This document shows, in pieces, positions 42,180-53,830 of a stretch of 64,000 nucleotides of DNA; the first letter of the stretch is position 1; every line of letters begins with the position of its first letter. The notes below the pieces were generated by a model. That model was not told the DNA's origin, ran no database searches, and was given only the letters and a program-made list of their open reading frames with translations. Made by a program: the position numbers and the translations under genes. Source of the DNA: Phoronis australis (taxonomy: Eukaryota; Animalia; Phoronida); the NCBI GenBank assembly GCA_002633005.1, contig NMRA01000214.1, positions 394,414 through 458,413 on the forward strand, written 5' to 3'.

Positions 42180-42876
42180 TGCACACAATTCTACCAATCA
42201 CCAGCTTGTGAAAATAGTTACCTTGGTAACCTATCTTTGCATAAAAATGGAACCCACGACAGGCTCTATTCACAATGCTGTATCACCCGGTAATTTTGAG
42301 TAAGTTCGATTAAACAAAAGCGTCAGGCATAATAACGATGATTTTGTCGACTCTTTTTTGATAAAAGTGATTAATAAACTCACAGACCTAATTACTTTTC
42401 TTTTATTCACTTTTTCGTAAAAAGTCAAAACGCTTTTGCTCGGTCGGACCGAGGCCTTTTCCGTAGCAATTTCTGAAGGTCTCTCAAGAACGATCAGATT
42501 TAAATGCGTTTGACTCGTTCATTTTTTTCATTCAACATCAACAGAAACTTGACTTTTATATTTCATTGTTGTTTTACTGGGCTGATCAATCGGAACATTA
42601 AATTCTTCATCGAATATTAACGTGCGCGCACTTTTCCTCAGTGAAAAGTTACCCAGCATAAAACGTTATCGAAGAGCGTGGACTCGTCCGCGCGATCTTC
42701 TGGTCCGTACACAGATTTCTTAGTAAATGTCTGATTTAGACCAATGATTTCTGCACACTTGGTAATCCCTGTTGGATTAAATACCGTCTCATCGCGCCAG
42801 TGTCGCTAGTCTTCTTTGAAGGATTCCTTTGAACGTCTTTGGAAAGGTCATCCTTGGTATTGTTTTCATTGGTACA
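42180..42876 (+). promoter_or_regulatory. Candidate NR2E3 promoter / 5' UTR
   Basis: CpG-rich. Contains CCAAT (42194, 42741), an RFX X-box GTTACCTTGGTAAC (42217-42230) and an inverted pair of Otx/Crx sites TAATCC-n5-GGATTA (42763-42779), directly upstream of the candidate ATG. Confidence 0.45.
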
Positions 42877-42916
42877 ATGAACGAGGAAAAGGCAAAAGGT
42901 TACGGCAGCGATTCAG
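42877..42916 (+). CDS. NR2E3: Probable first coding exon of NR2E3 (MNEEKAKGYGSDS + 1 nt, phase-1 donor)
   Basis: acaATGa start (A at -3), open to CAG|GTAAAA. The phase-1 end joins the phase-1 acceptor at 55291 in frame (G+AT=Asp), giving ...[15 protein letters not shown].... It sits in a CpG-rich promoter-like region. Human NR2E3 intron 1 is also phase 1. No protein homology supports this short peptide. Confidence 0.55.
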
Positions 42917-43571
42917 GTAAAAAGATATTGTTAAATTTTCAACACTAAGATTTAGATAAATTTTTAATTTAATTGAAATCAAATTTCAGCTAAGGCGCTT
43001 TTTGGGTTTTGTTTCGGAAGGGAATATTTTCAGGGTAATTTTAATTAACTACAAACAACAATTTTATGGAATAAAACATTTGGTTATTAATGGTGAGCGA
43101 ACAGGAACGCAGAGGTAGGTGAATATAGGAAGATTTAAAAAAACTGACTATGACGATTCACTCATAAAATCGCAAAATCGATTGAAAATTGACAAAAAAA
43201 TCAAATTCCACTGTTCAGGCCTGTATTGGAAGTATCACAATCAGTGAAATCAAACTTGAACCACGCAAGAAGTTTATAGATTCTAAAACGCCATTAACAG
43301 TTTAGTCTTTTAGGCTTGTCAATACCGTTTTCACTTAAAGCGGCAGTTCTTTACGTTTAACTGTTCGAAAAATCCAAACTAAATCGCCCTTTCCTACTAC
43401 AGGTACGTCGGCCTTGAATTTCCCTTACCATGACGTGACTTACATCTTCTGGAAGGTTCTGGAAGATTTCTCATTATCTATTTTATTTTCGAGAAAAACA
43501 CTTTAGGATCATAGATGGATAGGATGGGCTTCTTGAACTTATTAGCTTTGACCAGAGATATGCTACCAATC

Positions 43572-43781
43572 TCCAATTCTCGCCGTTATCTGCAAGACAT
43601 TCGCTGAAATCAAGGTCGGTGACTGCCTATTTCAATGGTTTAATACCCGCTTAAAATACTGTGTCATCGAGTGAGCTTCGACTCTGACAGCAGAGCGTTT
43701 GACTATGAACGCGGGTTGCAGGTTCGATCCCGAGCTGAGGCTAATTTCAAATTCGCATTTCTCACTGTTAATGTCACTTTA
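43572..43781 (+). mobile_element. Repeat family D, copy 2
   Basis: Same start motif, B-box GGTTCGATCCC (43721-43731), GCTAATTTC and the AATGTCACTTTA end. Confidence 0.6.
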
Positions 43782-46700
43782 GGCTACGAATAGACAGGGG
43801 TTTGAGCTTTTACGCGATTGCTTTTTAAATTCTACAACTCATTTCCGAAACACTGTTGTTTGAAACGTGAACTCGTGGAAGCGGTTTTCTGAACATTCCG
43901 AGTAAAACATGCCCATTCGATACAAAGTTCGCCCATTCCCGTGTGACGTTATCATGTACATCACTAGTGTATGAACATTATAACGTCGTACGGAAAATGA
44001 CGAATTTTATCGAACGAGCGTGGAGTAGGATCATCGGTTAGTGCCGTATACTTGAACTTCAAATACTGAGTGATTCTGTTTACCGTTGATATCGCGTGCT
44101 GCCAGTTTGGGTCAATCAGGAGGTTTAAAACATTGATGATCAATCATAGTCCAATTTTAATGATTCCTGATTCATCAAATGTCATTACCAAATCACGTCA
44201 CGAAACAGTTCTGTATTCATTAAAAATTCATGTTTTATAAACATCGCTTCTCCCGAATGAATGACGTTCGTGTTTTGTTTGATAACAACTCATTCGTGTG
44301 CGGAAATGGACAACGGAATCTCCCGTTCTCTGATCCCAACCATTGTGAAATGGCCAACATTAGTCGGCAAACTTCTGATAAATATAACAGACTCTTTGGA
44401 GTGTGCAGTTTAATCGGAAAACTTCGACAGTGTTACTATACAGTGAACCACTCGCACATATCAACAATTTTCACTGGATTTTTATTGTTGTGGGAGGTCA
44501 TCGCGCGTTCGAAACCGACCTCGTTGTCGTACACATAAAACAAACTCACTACCAATTATATATTTGCAACGATCATTTACTTTTCCACAGGTTGTCAACA
44601 AACGAAAACCAAGAATCTTTTAAAATTCAATTCAACCTAAATTCCTTGATACACCTAAAAATACACTTACGAGTGTACTGACTATGCTTTTTGTTTTCAC
44701 GCCGAGGGAATATTTTGTTTTCAGAAAATTAAGGGAAGTAAGTGTACCATCTGTTCCAGACCTTAATTTCCACAAATTGGAACAAAGGAGCACAATCTAT
44801 ACATCTTTGTACCCACAGACCAATTCTTAATAATCTGGCAAGTATCGTATGAGCCTTCGTCCTACAAGGAGAGAACACTGCTTTAAGAAAGTACCGCACG
44901 TTCGTAAAAACGAGTCAACATCACTGGTTCACGCGTTTTCAAAAATACGATTTGCGTTTGAAAGGTTAAAAGGGCTGTTAAGAGTCTCTTTAGGTGAATC
45001 GCATTGGTATGAAAGTTAATTAATCATGAGTTTAAAATATTCTAGCTGAATTTCGCCCTGTTTAGCTGGCTAAAAACGAAAATCGAAGTGGCTATGTTGC
45101 TTTAAAATGTTCGTTTGATTGGATACTATTTCCGTCACCACCAAGAACATGGAAACCATCACTCTAGAAAGCCCTCCAGAGTTCGTTGGAGTAATGACCA
45201 ACCCTTCGCAAGTGGCGCATATACGCATTGCCTGTGACTTGAGAACCGAAACTGAGGAATGCTATCACGGCAAGGAATATTATATGACAGATTTTATGAG
45301 AGTAAAAGGCCAAATTCGATTTTTGTTTTATATCCAGTTAGACAGGGCGAAATGCAGCTTTACGTAAATGTTTGTATCAGCGTGATCCACAGAAAGTCCT
45401 ATTAAAGGACCATGCCTTGCCTAAAATGAAGATAGTGGAACAGGTTACTCAAAGACACACCATGACAAAATTAATATCTTTCCCCAAAGTTATCATAGAG
45501 GGCGTCGGAGAATACAATGAGTGTCGTGACTTCTGACGCGTTAGGCCAACCCAACCAAAATGTTGTTGTTCCAGGTCACTGAAAGGTGACTCTCCAACAC
45601 CTCTTGACGGCAGAAAACAATTGTTGTCATAGTAAGGGAAACCTCGAGACAAAAGCAAACGATGATGCCATAATTAATACCACTCAACTTATAGTTTCAA
45701 CCTCAAGCTATCTTTGTGAAACACTGAATCAGTGTGAATCGTCAGTTTTGTGACGTTGGTTTTTTAAAATAGTGTTTTTTCTTGACATAGTTTTTCCTCT
45801 CCATAAAACAGAAATGCCTAATGTCAATTTGGAGGGAATTTTCTGCTAAGCGGATTGTGTTCGTATTTCTCAATTATGAACAAAAGCAGTCGGGTAAACT
45901 TGAGGTTGCGATTAGTTTACGCTTAAATCTCCTCCGCATTATCCTTTCAATTTTCGTATATTTTTGTTTTTCTCAGTTAAACTTTTTGAATATTTTTGTT
46001 CTTTCAAGTGCCATTAATATTTACACTAATCAAGCGATAATATTCAACATTTCATCGTATTCACATCCGATATACTCGTTCATTGATATTACTAATATTA
46101 GCACGTGAGTGTGTAAACTGGGATGGAAGTTTTCATGAAATCCGGTCTGGTGACGTTGTGAGATGGAATCATGCTATAATGCCAGGTCTCTGAATAAGCA
46201 TCTGTGCTCAGTACAAAGAGAGCAGACCGCGTGTGTTCCATGGACCCGAGAACCTCGAGAAAACACAAGATCACGCAAGATTTAAATTGGCGAGGTATCG
46301 TCATGTAATGTATTACAAGCGAATCACGTGATCACACTAGCTCAGATCTGTAATAAAAAGATTTTCCGTAGATAAACCCACACGATGAAACGCCTATGGG
46401 CATTTCTTCAAAAAATAATTTCTCTTAAAGCCCATTCAGTGTCAACTTTTTGTCACAAATTTTGTGGAGCATTTATCATTTGTAAAAACCAACAAGGGGT
46501 TGGCAAACTATGCTTTTATTAACATAAAATTTAGAAACACTGTTTTAAGTAAAATATGCCAAAGTCGGAAAAACTAAGACTTCGTTTAAAAGTTCCCTTT
46601 TTCCGAATAAACGCCCGGGAGTTTATTTAGTGTTACTAAAACGCTTGAAAATTTGCGGAAGATCCAGGTAAGAATAACGACTGACCTACTACTGATCAGT

Positions 46701-48611
46701 GCAACAGTTTTCATTACTTTGCTCATAATTTTTCAAGCTTTGTGATCAGACATTTTTCAACAGTCACGGTAATTATTCACTTATTTAGAACACAATATAA
46801 CCAACAAGGGAATTTTTATTCGGTTAAATTTCTCCACACAAAAAATACTAGCATAGTTTGCGCTGTGTAGATGTAATAAAATAACTTTTGCTCAACTTTT
46901 CCTTTATTTGAAGTAATCAGCATTTGCAGAATGAAAAAATTACATTTTTGGCAATTGTTTTTGTGCAAAATAAGCGGAAAATTACCGTAATTTCAAATTT
47001 GTCATATCTTAGTCTTGGAGGTACTGTTAAGAAAACGTGAGCGATATTGCCAATAGTAAGAAATTTTCCATAATTAAATAAACTCTTCAATTTCGCTGCC
47101 GTTGCCAACTAGCAGCAGTCATTCTAGCTTGGAAGTCTTAGTGATGAAGAAATTTTGATCCACGAATCGTCCGTATCAAACCACTATTATTCAAACACGT
47201 GAGCAGTTGACTTAAAGGACAAGTACTGCAGTTATCAAATAAAAACAGGAGTATACTTTTCAAATCACAAAGCAGTCAACTTAATTCCCAGTCAAGTTCG
47301 TAACCTCTCAGATCAACCATCACTGCAGTCCGAAGACGAGAAACAGCGGAGATAAACAAACGCTCACCGCGGGCAGTATAACACCATGGAAGAGAACCCT
47401 TTGACTGACTTTCAAACTGGTCGTTCATGACCACCATAGTAACAAGAATTGTGTTCAACGCAGGATCTTTGATTGTTTGATAGATCATAGTATAGCAATT
47501 CCCCAGCCAATTTCGTTTTTAAAGATCACCGCGCAAATATTTCCCAAAGATTAAATGAATAATGCATTTTGTGAAGAAATTATCCGATTGCGTTTGAAGT
47601 CACAGTGCAAGGAAATATTTCGTATATGCAATACATGAACATAGTTCTGCGTCAGTGCTCACTTCGTGGTGAACAAACCGATTACATACTAGAATTTTTC
47701 ACCATTGAGTAAGATTATATGCATGCAAATATTTTCAATATTTTTATTTCTCAAAAAAATCAGAACGGTCTCCATAACCTTGAAGAAAATGAGACTTTTT
47801 GGTCAAAATTGAGTGGGCACGTTTTCTCTTTTCTGGGTGTGAAATGCTCCCCTTTACCGCATTGCCCAGGCCAATTTAACGAGACAGTCTAACTAGAATC
47901 ATTTATCGAAGCTTAATTAACACTGATTCCAATCAGATTTTAATTGATACTATTATAGGTAACTTCTTGACTAGACACGTTGCAAACAAGCCAATGTTTC
48001 GACTTGTTTTGGACGTGATGGGGCGTCTCTGAAGATAATGACCGGAAATTTTGGAGCTATAGTTTTTACCTTATCAACAATCAAATAGGACCAAATCATC
48101 TTTTTAAGTTAAATAATAAAGCAAATATTTTGTTTAAAAACATACTCCCGTGAAATTAGTTTTGCTCAAAGACTGATTCTTATAAGAGGGTTAAACTATT
48201 TTAATAGTTTAAAAAGCCTTCCTGAGTGAAAGGGCTGATGCGGATACCATCGCGGAGTAAAGAGGACAGGACTGTGACAGAAAATTGAAACCACTTCGTT
48301 CAGTTTATTTCTACAAATTTCTAAAAGAAGATTTGCAACAATTGTCAGGTAACTTAGTAGCAATTGGGTGTCCCTTGGGAAACAGTCAAACCGAAGGTAG
48401 TTCTCATGCAGCACGATTTCTGAAACGAGAAAAAACGAGACGTGGTAAGCGTTGACTAGGAGCCCCGCAGGAGCAGACGCATTCGAGGCATGTTTCTGGA
48501 CAAAGTTACCCGTTTCCTCCAAATCCCTGTCTGTTCAGAGAACAAATTTGGTGTGAAAGACAAGGACATACTGTAAAGTCGGGGCATGAAAGCGGCAACG
48601 GATTTCTGAAT

Positions 48612-48626
48612 GGCGCCACCTGCTGG
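48612..48626 (-). promoter_or_regulatory. Candidate CTCF site
   Basis: Minus strand reads CCAGCAGGTGGCGCC, a close match to the CTCF core. Confidence 0.55.
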
Positions 48627-51600
48627 GAAGTCCGTTGCAGGTGTCCCCCAATAAACCTGATTTCCACGCAGAACTTTCAGCGCCATTTATGATCACAGAT
48701 TCTTGAAAGGAAATTGTTTCTACTTTACACTTGGAATTATGGCCGTTGGTTATTTAACCTCGGTGTTCACCGTTCAAGGTGAAAACAGACAAGAAACTTA
48801 ACAAAGAAGACGCTTGTACATTAATATTTAATAGAATTATTTCACTACATGATTTCCGTAAAAATTTCTGGGTAATTATGTACTTCTAAACGACTTTGCA
48901 CGAAAGAGAGAGCCATTGTGAACGAAAGCGACAAGAATTTCTGCACGATTAATCTTTAACAAGTTTACCGCTGCACACTGAATCGTCACACAAATTACGG
49001 GTGTGGGTTACGACTTGAGAAATAGAAAACGATAAAAGATTTCAATTAGTCTTCTCCAGTGTTTAGTGCTCGCGGGAATTAACAAGCTATTTACGAGCGG
49101 AACATGTTTTGATGACTTTTTTAACCTCATTTTCACTTCATTAGATAAGTCGATGGCAAGCCGACGTCAGTCTGACCAGGGTAATTGTTTCAAAAGGTGT
49201 CATGAATTATTCAGTGGTAGTGCGTGAAAAGTTCAAACAACTGAAAATTTGGACCATTTATTTACCCAAAAACAAAATCAAAATATTTCATGTACTTTTC
49301 AAACTCATTCGTCCGATAAGATGAAATTAATGGACATTCAAGTACCTGAATTTTGTATCGAAAAAACGATGTTTTATGCATAAAAATTCATCGAAATCCA
49401 CCATGTAACTCTAAAACATCTTTGTCATTGCAAATTTCTATAATTTCAAATATAAACAAAATAGTAGTTTCGACAAGATTTGCATTGAAGTTAAGAAATG
49501 GAACAAAATTTTTCAATTCTAATCAATTGTGTTGCGCACAACATTACGTACACTGAATCCCACGGGGAATAGAAGGACTGAAAAATAACGAGGTATTTCT
49601 GAAGTTCTCGTCAAGTGTAAAAATTGAGGCTGCCTGACAGGTGCACTGCCTTTTGTTTGATTGTGACCATAAAAGCGACGCGTGTCGCAAAATTCCGACA
49701 GTTGCACGTCAGATAGAGGACGATCGCGTCAACAGTCTTTTTATGGGTGAGTCAAATGTTCGCGTCATAGCAGCGAAAGTCGCTTTGCTTTGGTTTGAAT
49801 TCTTTTACGTAACCTTTTCTTTAATTAGGCGATGGTATTCATCCAAGTTAAGTGTTTATTTAAAAACATTAATATGACATTAATGCATTGTGACCTTGAA
49901 TAACTTTGTATGAAACCAGTCTTGTAACATTTAGAAAAAAAGCAACAGAGATAAAAAATAAGGAAATTTTTCGTGACAGAGTTTCTGGAAATGTACAGTG
50001 TTTTGATAATAAAACCAAATAAATAACTAATTTAGATTCATGTTTTATTAATGATAGCACTGAGTGTTACTAGGCTGCTACTTTTTGTGTTTTATCACAT
50101 CATACTGTGTTCATTTTTGCACAACTGTCACAAATGTGCTTTGATTACATTTAGTTAGCTTGCTCAGTTCTGACAATAGAATTTGTTTATCTTTGCACAG
50201 CTCTTTACCTACACGAAGCAAAGAAACATCGATATTTTTCAAGAACATTTTCTGTTCAAAACTTCAAATTTGGTTTTTATTGTTATTTCACGCAAAACGA
50301 AGTGGAAAACATCTTACGCCAAAAGTTTAAAACAGTGTGGACAATACTAACGTCGAATATTTACAGTGAGGAATAGATTTTTATCTTTCGCTATCCAGTG
50401 CGATCTAGAAGTATTTTGCAGCAGTATATCACTAGGGATTCCTTTTTGCGAGCACTAAGCAACGCGTGTAATAACGAACCGAGCGACCTTGACTTCTCAC
50501 AAAGTTGAAAATCAACTCGTTTTCCGAACGCTTAAGTTAGAGCGAACTCCCCTCAATTAAGCAAATGAAATTGGCCACGTAACAGGGACTTACACGAGTC
50601 TCATTGTATGCGAGATCTCAATTAATTAATTAAATGGTATTTTGGAGTCCCGGCATTGATTATGCGATTACTACGTGGTCACGCGAGATTATACTTCATC
50701 CTTCGTCCGTCAACAATCACGATAACAAAGAACATTCATGGTCGAGACTAAACTAGCCAAATTAAGGCCAGTTTCTAACTGTGATTATGAAGTCTTTGAA
50801 TGAGTGTGTAGCAACTGTCCGTAATTTTAATTGCTAGCGGAATTTAAGATATCAGCGAAGACCGTGAACATAGGCGTAATTTCTACCAATAAAATGCCCT
50901 TTTATCCGAGTATTCAAAGTTTTAAATAGATGTGTAAAGATTAGCCCCATTATTTGTGATATTATGTCCTTTTGCTCAACGCCTGAAATATCTTGTCACA
51001 TGTACAAAATTAATATCAAGCTACATTGACTACAACTGTGGACAAGCAAGGGTCGTTTTATAATAATTTTTGTCCAGAAAAAATAATTTTCTTTCCAAAG
51101 TTAAGGCCCTTTCATATTAACGTCGGCGCCTCGATGATTTGGGGGTTGCGGTCACTATGAACGGTTAACTTTGGACCTGGATCGAAGTTAACAGCACCAG
51201 TTAACTTCGCAGTAAACACCTGGATTTAATAGCGGATCGTCGACGTTGCTGTGCTAATTGAGTCTATTGCCGTATCTGGTCAATTACAAAGTATCTCTTA
51301 AAGTGGCATAGAACGCGAAAAACAAACTAAATTGCATTACCGGTATTCAAAGTGGTTCTCTGCCACTGAAACAGAAGTCAAACTGTTTACCATGTATTTT
51401 TACGGTTTGTTCGTAGATTTTGAGTTTTTGTCGATGTCAAAGCATTAATCCCTTAGTTTCAAATTTCAAAAGCGATCTGTCAACTGCTCGTCACTTCGTC
51501 GATTTTGCTGCCACATGACAAAGCACGTTTCCTTATTTAGAGTGACAAGACATAAGCGGAGCACGTTTCCCTTATATGGAAAATGTGACTTCTGACCTTC

Positions 51601-52467
51601 GAGGTAAGCAAAATAGCGACTTCAAGCAGCAGCCCTCTTTGAGCGCATGCGCGCATATATATTATTAGGGGCGGAGAATTTGAAAACTTTATTGGGATCA
51701 AAGAGTTTATATTCCGTTTGTGTTTCAAAGGTAGTGAGTCTGTCGATTTTTTCTCAATTTTTTGCAATATTCAAAGTGAATAAATTTCACTTTAGCATCA
51801 TCAAGAAGTAGATTCGTCACGATCTGTTTAAAAGGTATTTTAACGATATTTCACGTTCCATGCCTCTTTGGTTGTCCCACCGCCTACAATATTTTTACCA
51901 AGCAAAATTGTAACCGAACATTCGCTTATTTAGGCCTGTGCGCCTGTATCCGGTATTAGACTCATGCATCTATACATAAAACATTTAAATAAAATCAGAA
52001 AGCAAAATTATCGGTTATTATGTTAGTAAACTTGACGTGATCAATACAAAATGGTTGTCATCGACTCTATTAAATTCAATTAAACATACGCCAAAAAGCC
52101 GTGCCTTGTTTAATACATACCCATATACCATGGGATACAATGAAGACTACGCGAATTGTAATGACAACGAATTTTATTTATTATAAACTTGGGACAAGTA
52201 CCATTAAATACTCATTTCCATACAGAAATCTAAATTACACAATGCTCCTACGAATGTGAACAGGCCAGCTTGTATCGCAGATCACTGAAGCGCCCAAACT
52301 GATTGCCAACTGAAGCTGAAACTGTGATATTCTATTGACTGACGCTGCTTCATAGGCTTTTAAAAGGAGCACGAACTTTCTTCCGACACATACCATCCAT
52401 TTTAAACTTAACTGACTCAATTTGAAAATTATCCAGCGCATGTTCAACAAGAGAATTTGCTCACTTT

Positions 52468-52655
52468 GGCGGCCACTTAATTGGTGCACCACAAAAAAAT
52501 AAGAAGTAAACAAAAAATTGCATTTAATTTAGTTTAGGTTGAAAATATTGAATGTCATATACAGCACTATATGGGCTTAAGTTTCGAGTAGACTGGTTTG
52601 AGTTGAAACCAGTTTCGCCCGAAGTTTACCTAAATGAACGGGAAGAGTATTTTAA
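52468..52655 (+). repeat. Dispersed repeat family E, copy 1 (DNA-transposon-like end)
   Basis: GGCGGCCA...GGTGCACCAC...TTGAAAATATT...TTAAGTTTCGA collinear with 57660-57860. Confidence 0.6.
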
Positions 52656-53673
52656 GTGATGTCTTCCGTAATAGTAAATATCGTTCATTCTATTATAAAT
52701 TTGTGAAAACAAAAGGAAGATTGTACAGACTTATAACACCGCAGGAAGACCATCCGCAACCACGCAGCCAGGCAGTTGTTCCCACCTGACAATGTTCTGA
52801 GTGCAAGCGCCGGTTTTGCCCGTCTAAACGGTTTCCACGTGCTCATGTTATAATTCGCCCCCAACAAGAATCATGAGATACCGCTGTAACGCAATCAATA
52901 GGACGACCGATTACCATATAATGCTCTAGTTAACATCTCGTGAACAAACTGAAATCGGCTTTTCTCCAAACGATGTTAATCTTGATTTGTTGCAAGAAAA
53001 TCACGGATAATGACTTTGATCACGATTTCCCGTCATCCAACCAGATTAGCAATATGTTGCAATGTCCAAGGCTATTCAGAGAAAAGTTGCGTGGTAATGG
53101 TTAAAGTTTAGCAAAAGTAGGTTTCATGATTTCTGCAATGTATATTTATAGTCAGTGGGTTTCACGCTGTAATGTGGCAGTGTTTGAACAAAGATGGTTT
53201 CACCTCCCGTAAATTATATGTTAAAACTTTTATAGCCACCTGTATTGCCATGCGTAACACCGAAGGATAATGTCCGATGAGACAAATGTGGTTTGTGCGT
53301 AACAGTCTCTGTCAATTCAAAATATCTCTCTCCTCTCAGATCGCATTTATCGGTCGGGGCTCAAGAGCGAGACGCCGAATGAATTACATATGGACAAGAA
53401 TGCAAACCACTTGTCTGTGACCTCCTTTAATGTGATTCTCGTACAGGCGTGACAAAAAGACAAACTCGTCTAAGAATTAATTGTGCCGCTGTCCTTTTTA
53501 ATTTTGTCTTGACATCTTTGCTTCAGTCATTATCAGGGTTAATTAGTTTACAATACCAAACCAAGGCTCAGAAATCCAAAGCAGTGGTCGAAAACTTAAC
53601 AATCCCTCGTATTATTGGATTAAAGAGCATGTTTTTATTAAGACGCTTTAATTTATCCGTGTTCAATCACGAC

Positions 53674-53684
53674 TAATCTGATTA
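53674..53684. promoter_or_regulatory. P3/RCSI paired-class homeodomain dimer site
   Basis: TAATCTGATTA matches TAATYNRATTA, with GGATTA sites nearby (53617, 54055). Confidence 0.45.
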
Positions 53685-53780
53685 CATCGCCATAATCTTC
53701 AGTGGCAATTGCATCAAATTTGAAACGTTTCATTCCATAGTCGTTAATTTGTGACGCGCTCTGCCACTACGATCGATCGG

Positions 53781-53781
<1 letters not shown>

Positions 53782-53820
<39 letters not shown>

Positions 53821-53830
53821 TATCTCTCTT
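53782..53830. repeat. (CT)n microsatellite
   Basis: Direct inspection. Confidence 0.95.

Noticed and set aside
53270-53296. Alternative NR2E3 start exon MSDETNV|GTTTGT
   Set aside because: Phase 0, incompatible with the main acceptor at 55291. It would need the secondary AG at 55300-55301, and the donor is weak.
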